A DNA stretch of 63,034 nucleotides, the filler included, from Sphacelaria rigidula (Eukaryota): the NCBI GenBank assembly GCA_964200075.2. It is 4 parts of 4 records of this genome, joined end to end, with 100 filler letters (N's around TTAATTAATTAA, not from the genome) between each part and the next. Parts side by side here need not be neighbours in the genome. Positions count along the whole stretch, not along the records: positions 47,359 to 63,034 come from CAXNAA020001649.1; 3 more parts are not named here. The stretch is one strand, 5' to 3'. The position numbers were made by a program, and so were the translations under genes. Positions 62,877 through 63,034 of the stretch are shown in pieces. The notes beneath the pieces are model-generated. The model was not told the DNA's origin, did not search any database, and was given only the letters and a program-made list of their open reading frames with translations. The number at the start of each line of letters is the position of its first letter. Position 1 is the stretch's first letter.

Positions 62877-63034
62877 GTGTTAGAAAAGTGTCGCGATGAA
62901 CCCTTTGACGTGATCGCTAGAGTTGGCGCAATGGCACTTAAGCCAAGCAAGCAGACAAGCTGCTTTGGAGTGTAGACAGAAGATGATGTTCAAGGTGCGT
63001 CTTGCGGGCAAGACAGTCCAAACAACCCACCGTG

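Overview
This is eukaryotic, repeat-rich DNA, most likely from a brown alga (Phaeophyceae). That assignment is inferred from ~50% GC, many short exons in 0.8-2.7 kb introns and the style of the repeats. The window is not one locus. It is four contigs of near-identical length (1-15687, 15788-31474, 31575-47258, 47359-63034) joined by artificial 100-bp N44-TTAATTAATTAA-N44 linkers. Contig 1 carries a complete 7-exon Hsp70 nucleotide-exchange-factor gene (Fes1/HspBP1, minus strand, 468 aa) that the ORF track shows only in fragments. Contig 2 contains decayed transposons and MITEs and no intact gene that I can find. Contig 3 has nested MITEs, a transposase relic, a decayed triple Cys-containing coding repeat and the FAD-binding exon of a flavin amine-oxidase-type gene. 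Contig 4 is nested transposons: Ty1/copia inserted in Ty3/gypsy, a Stowaway-like MITE, Harbinger- and piggyBac-like relics, a TIR element with ~43-bp-phased palindromic motif arrays, and an RTE-type LINE. I found no rRNA, intact tRNA or CRISPR array and no clear new biological system. The best candidates for undescribed biology are the phased motif-array element, the ~117-aa CxxC tandem repeat and a telomere-motif MITE family.
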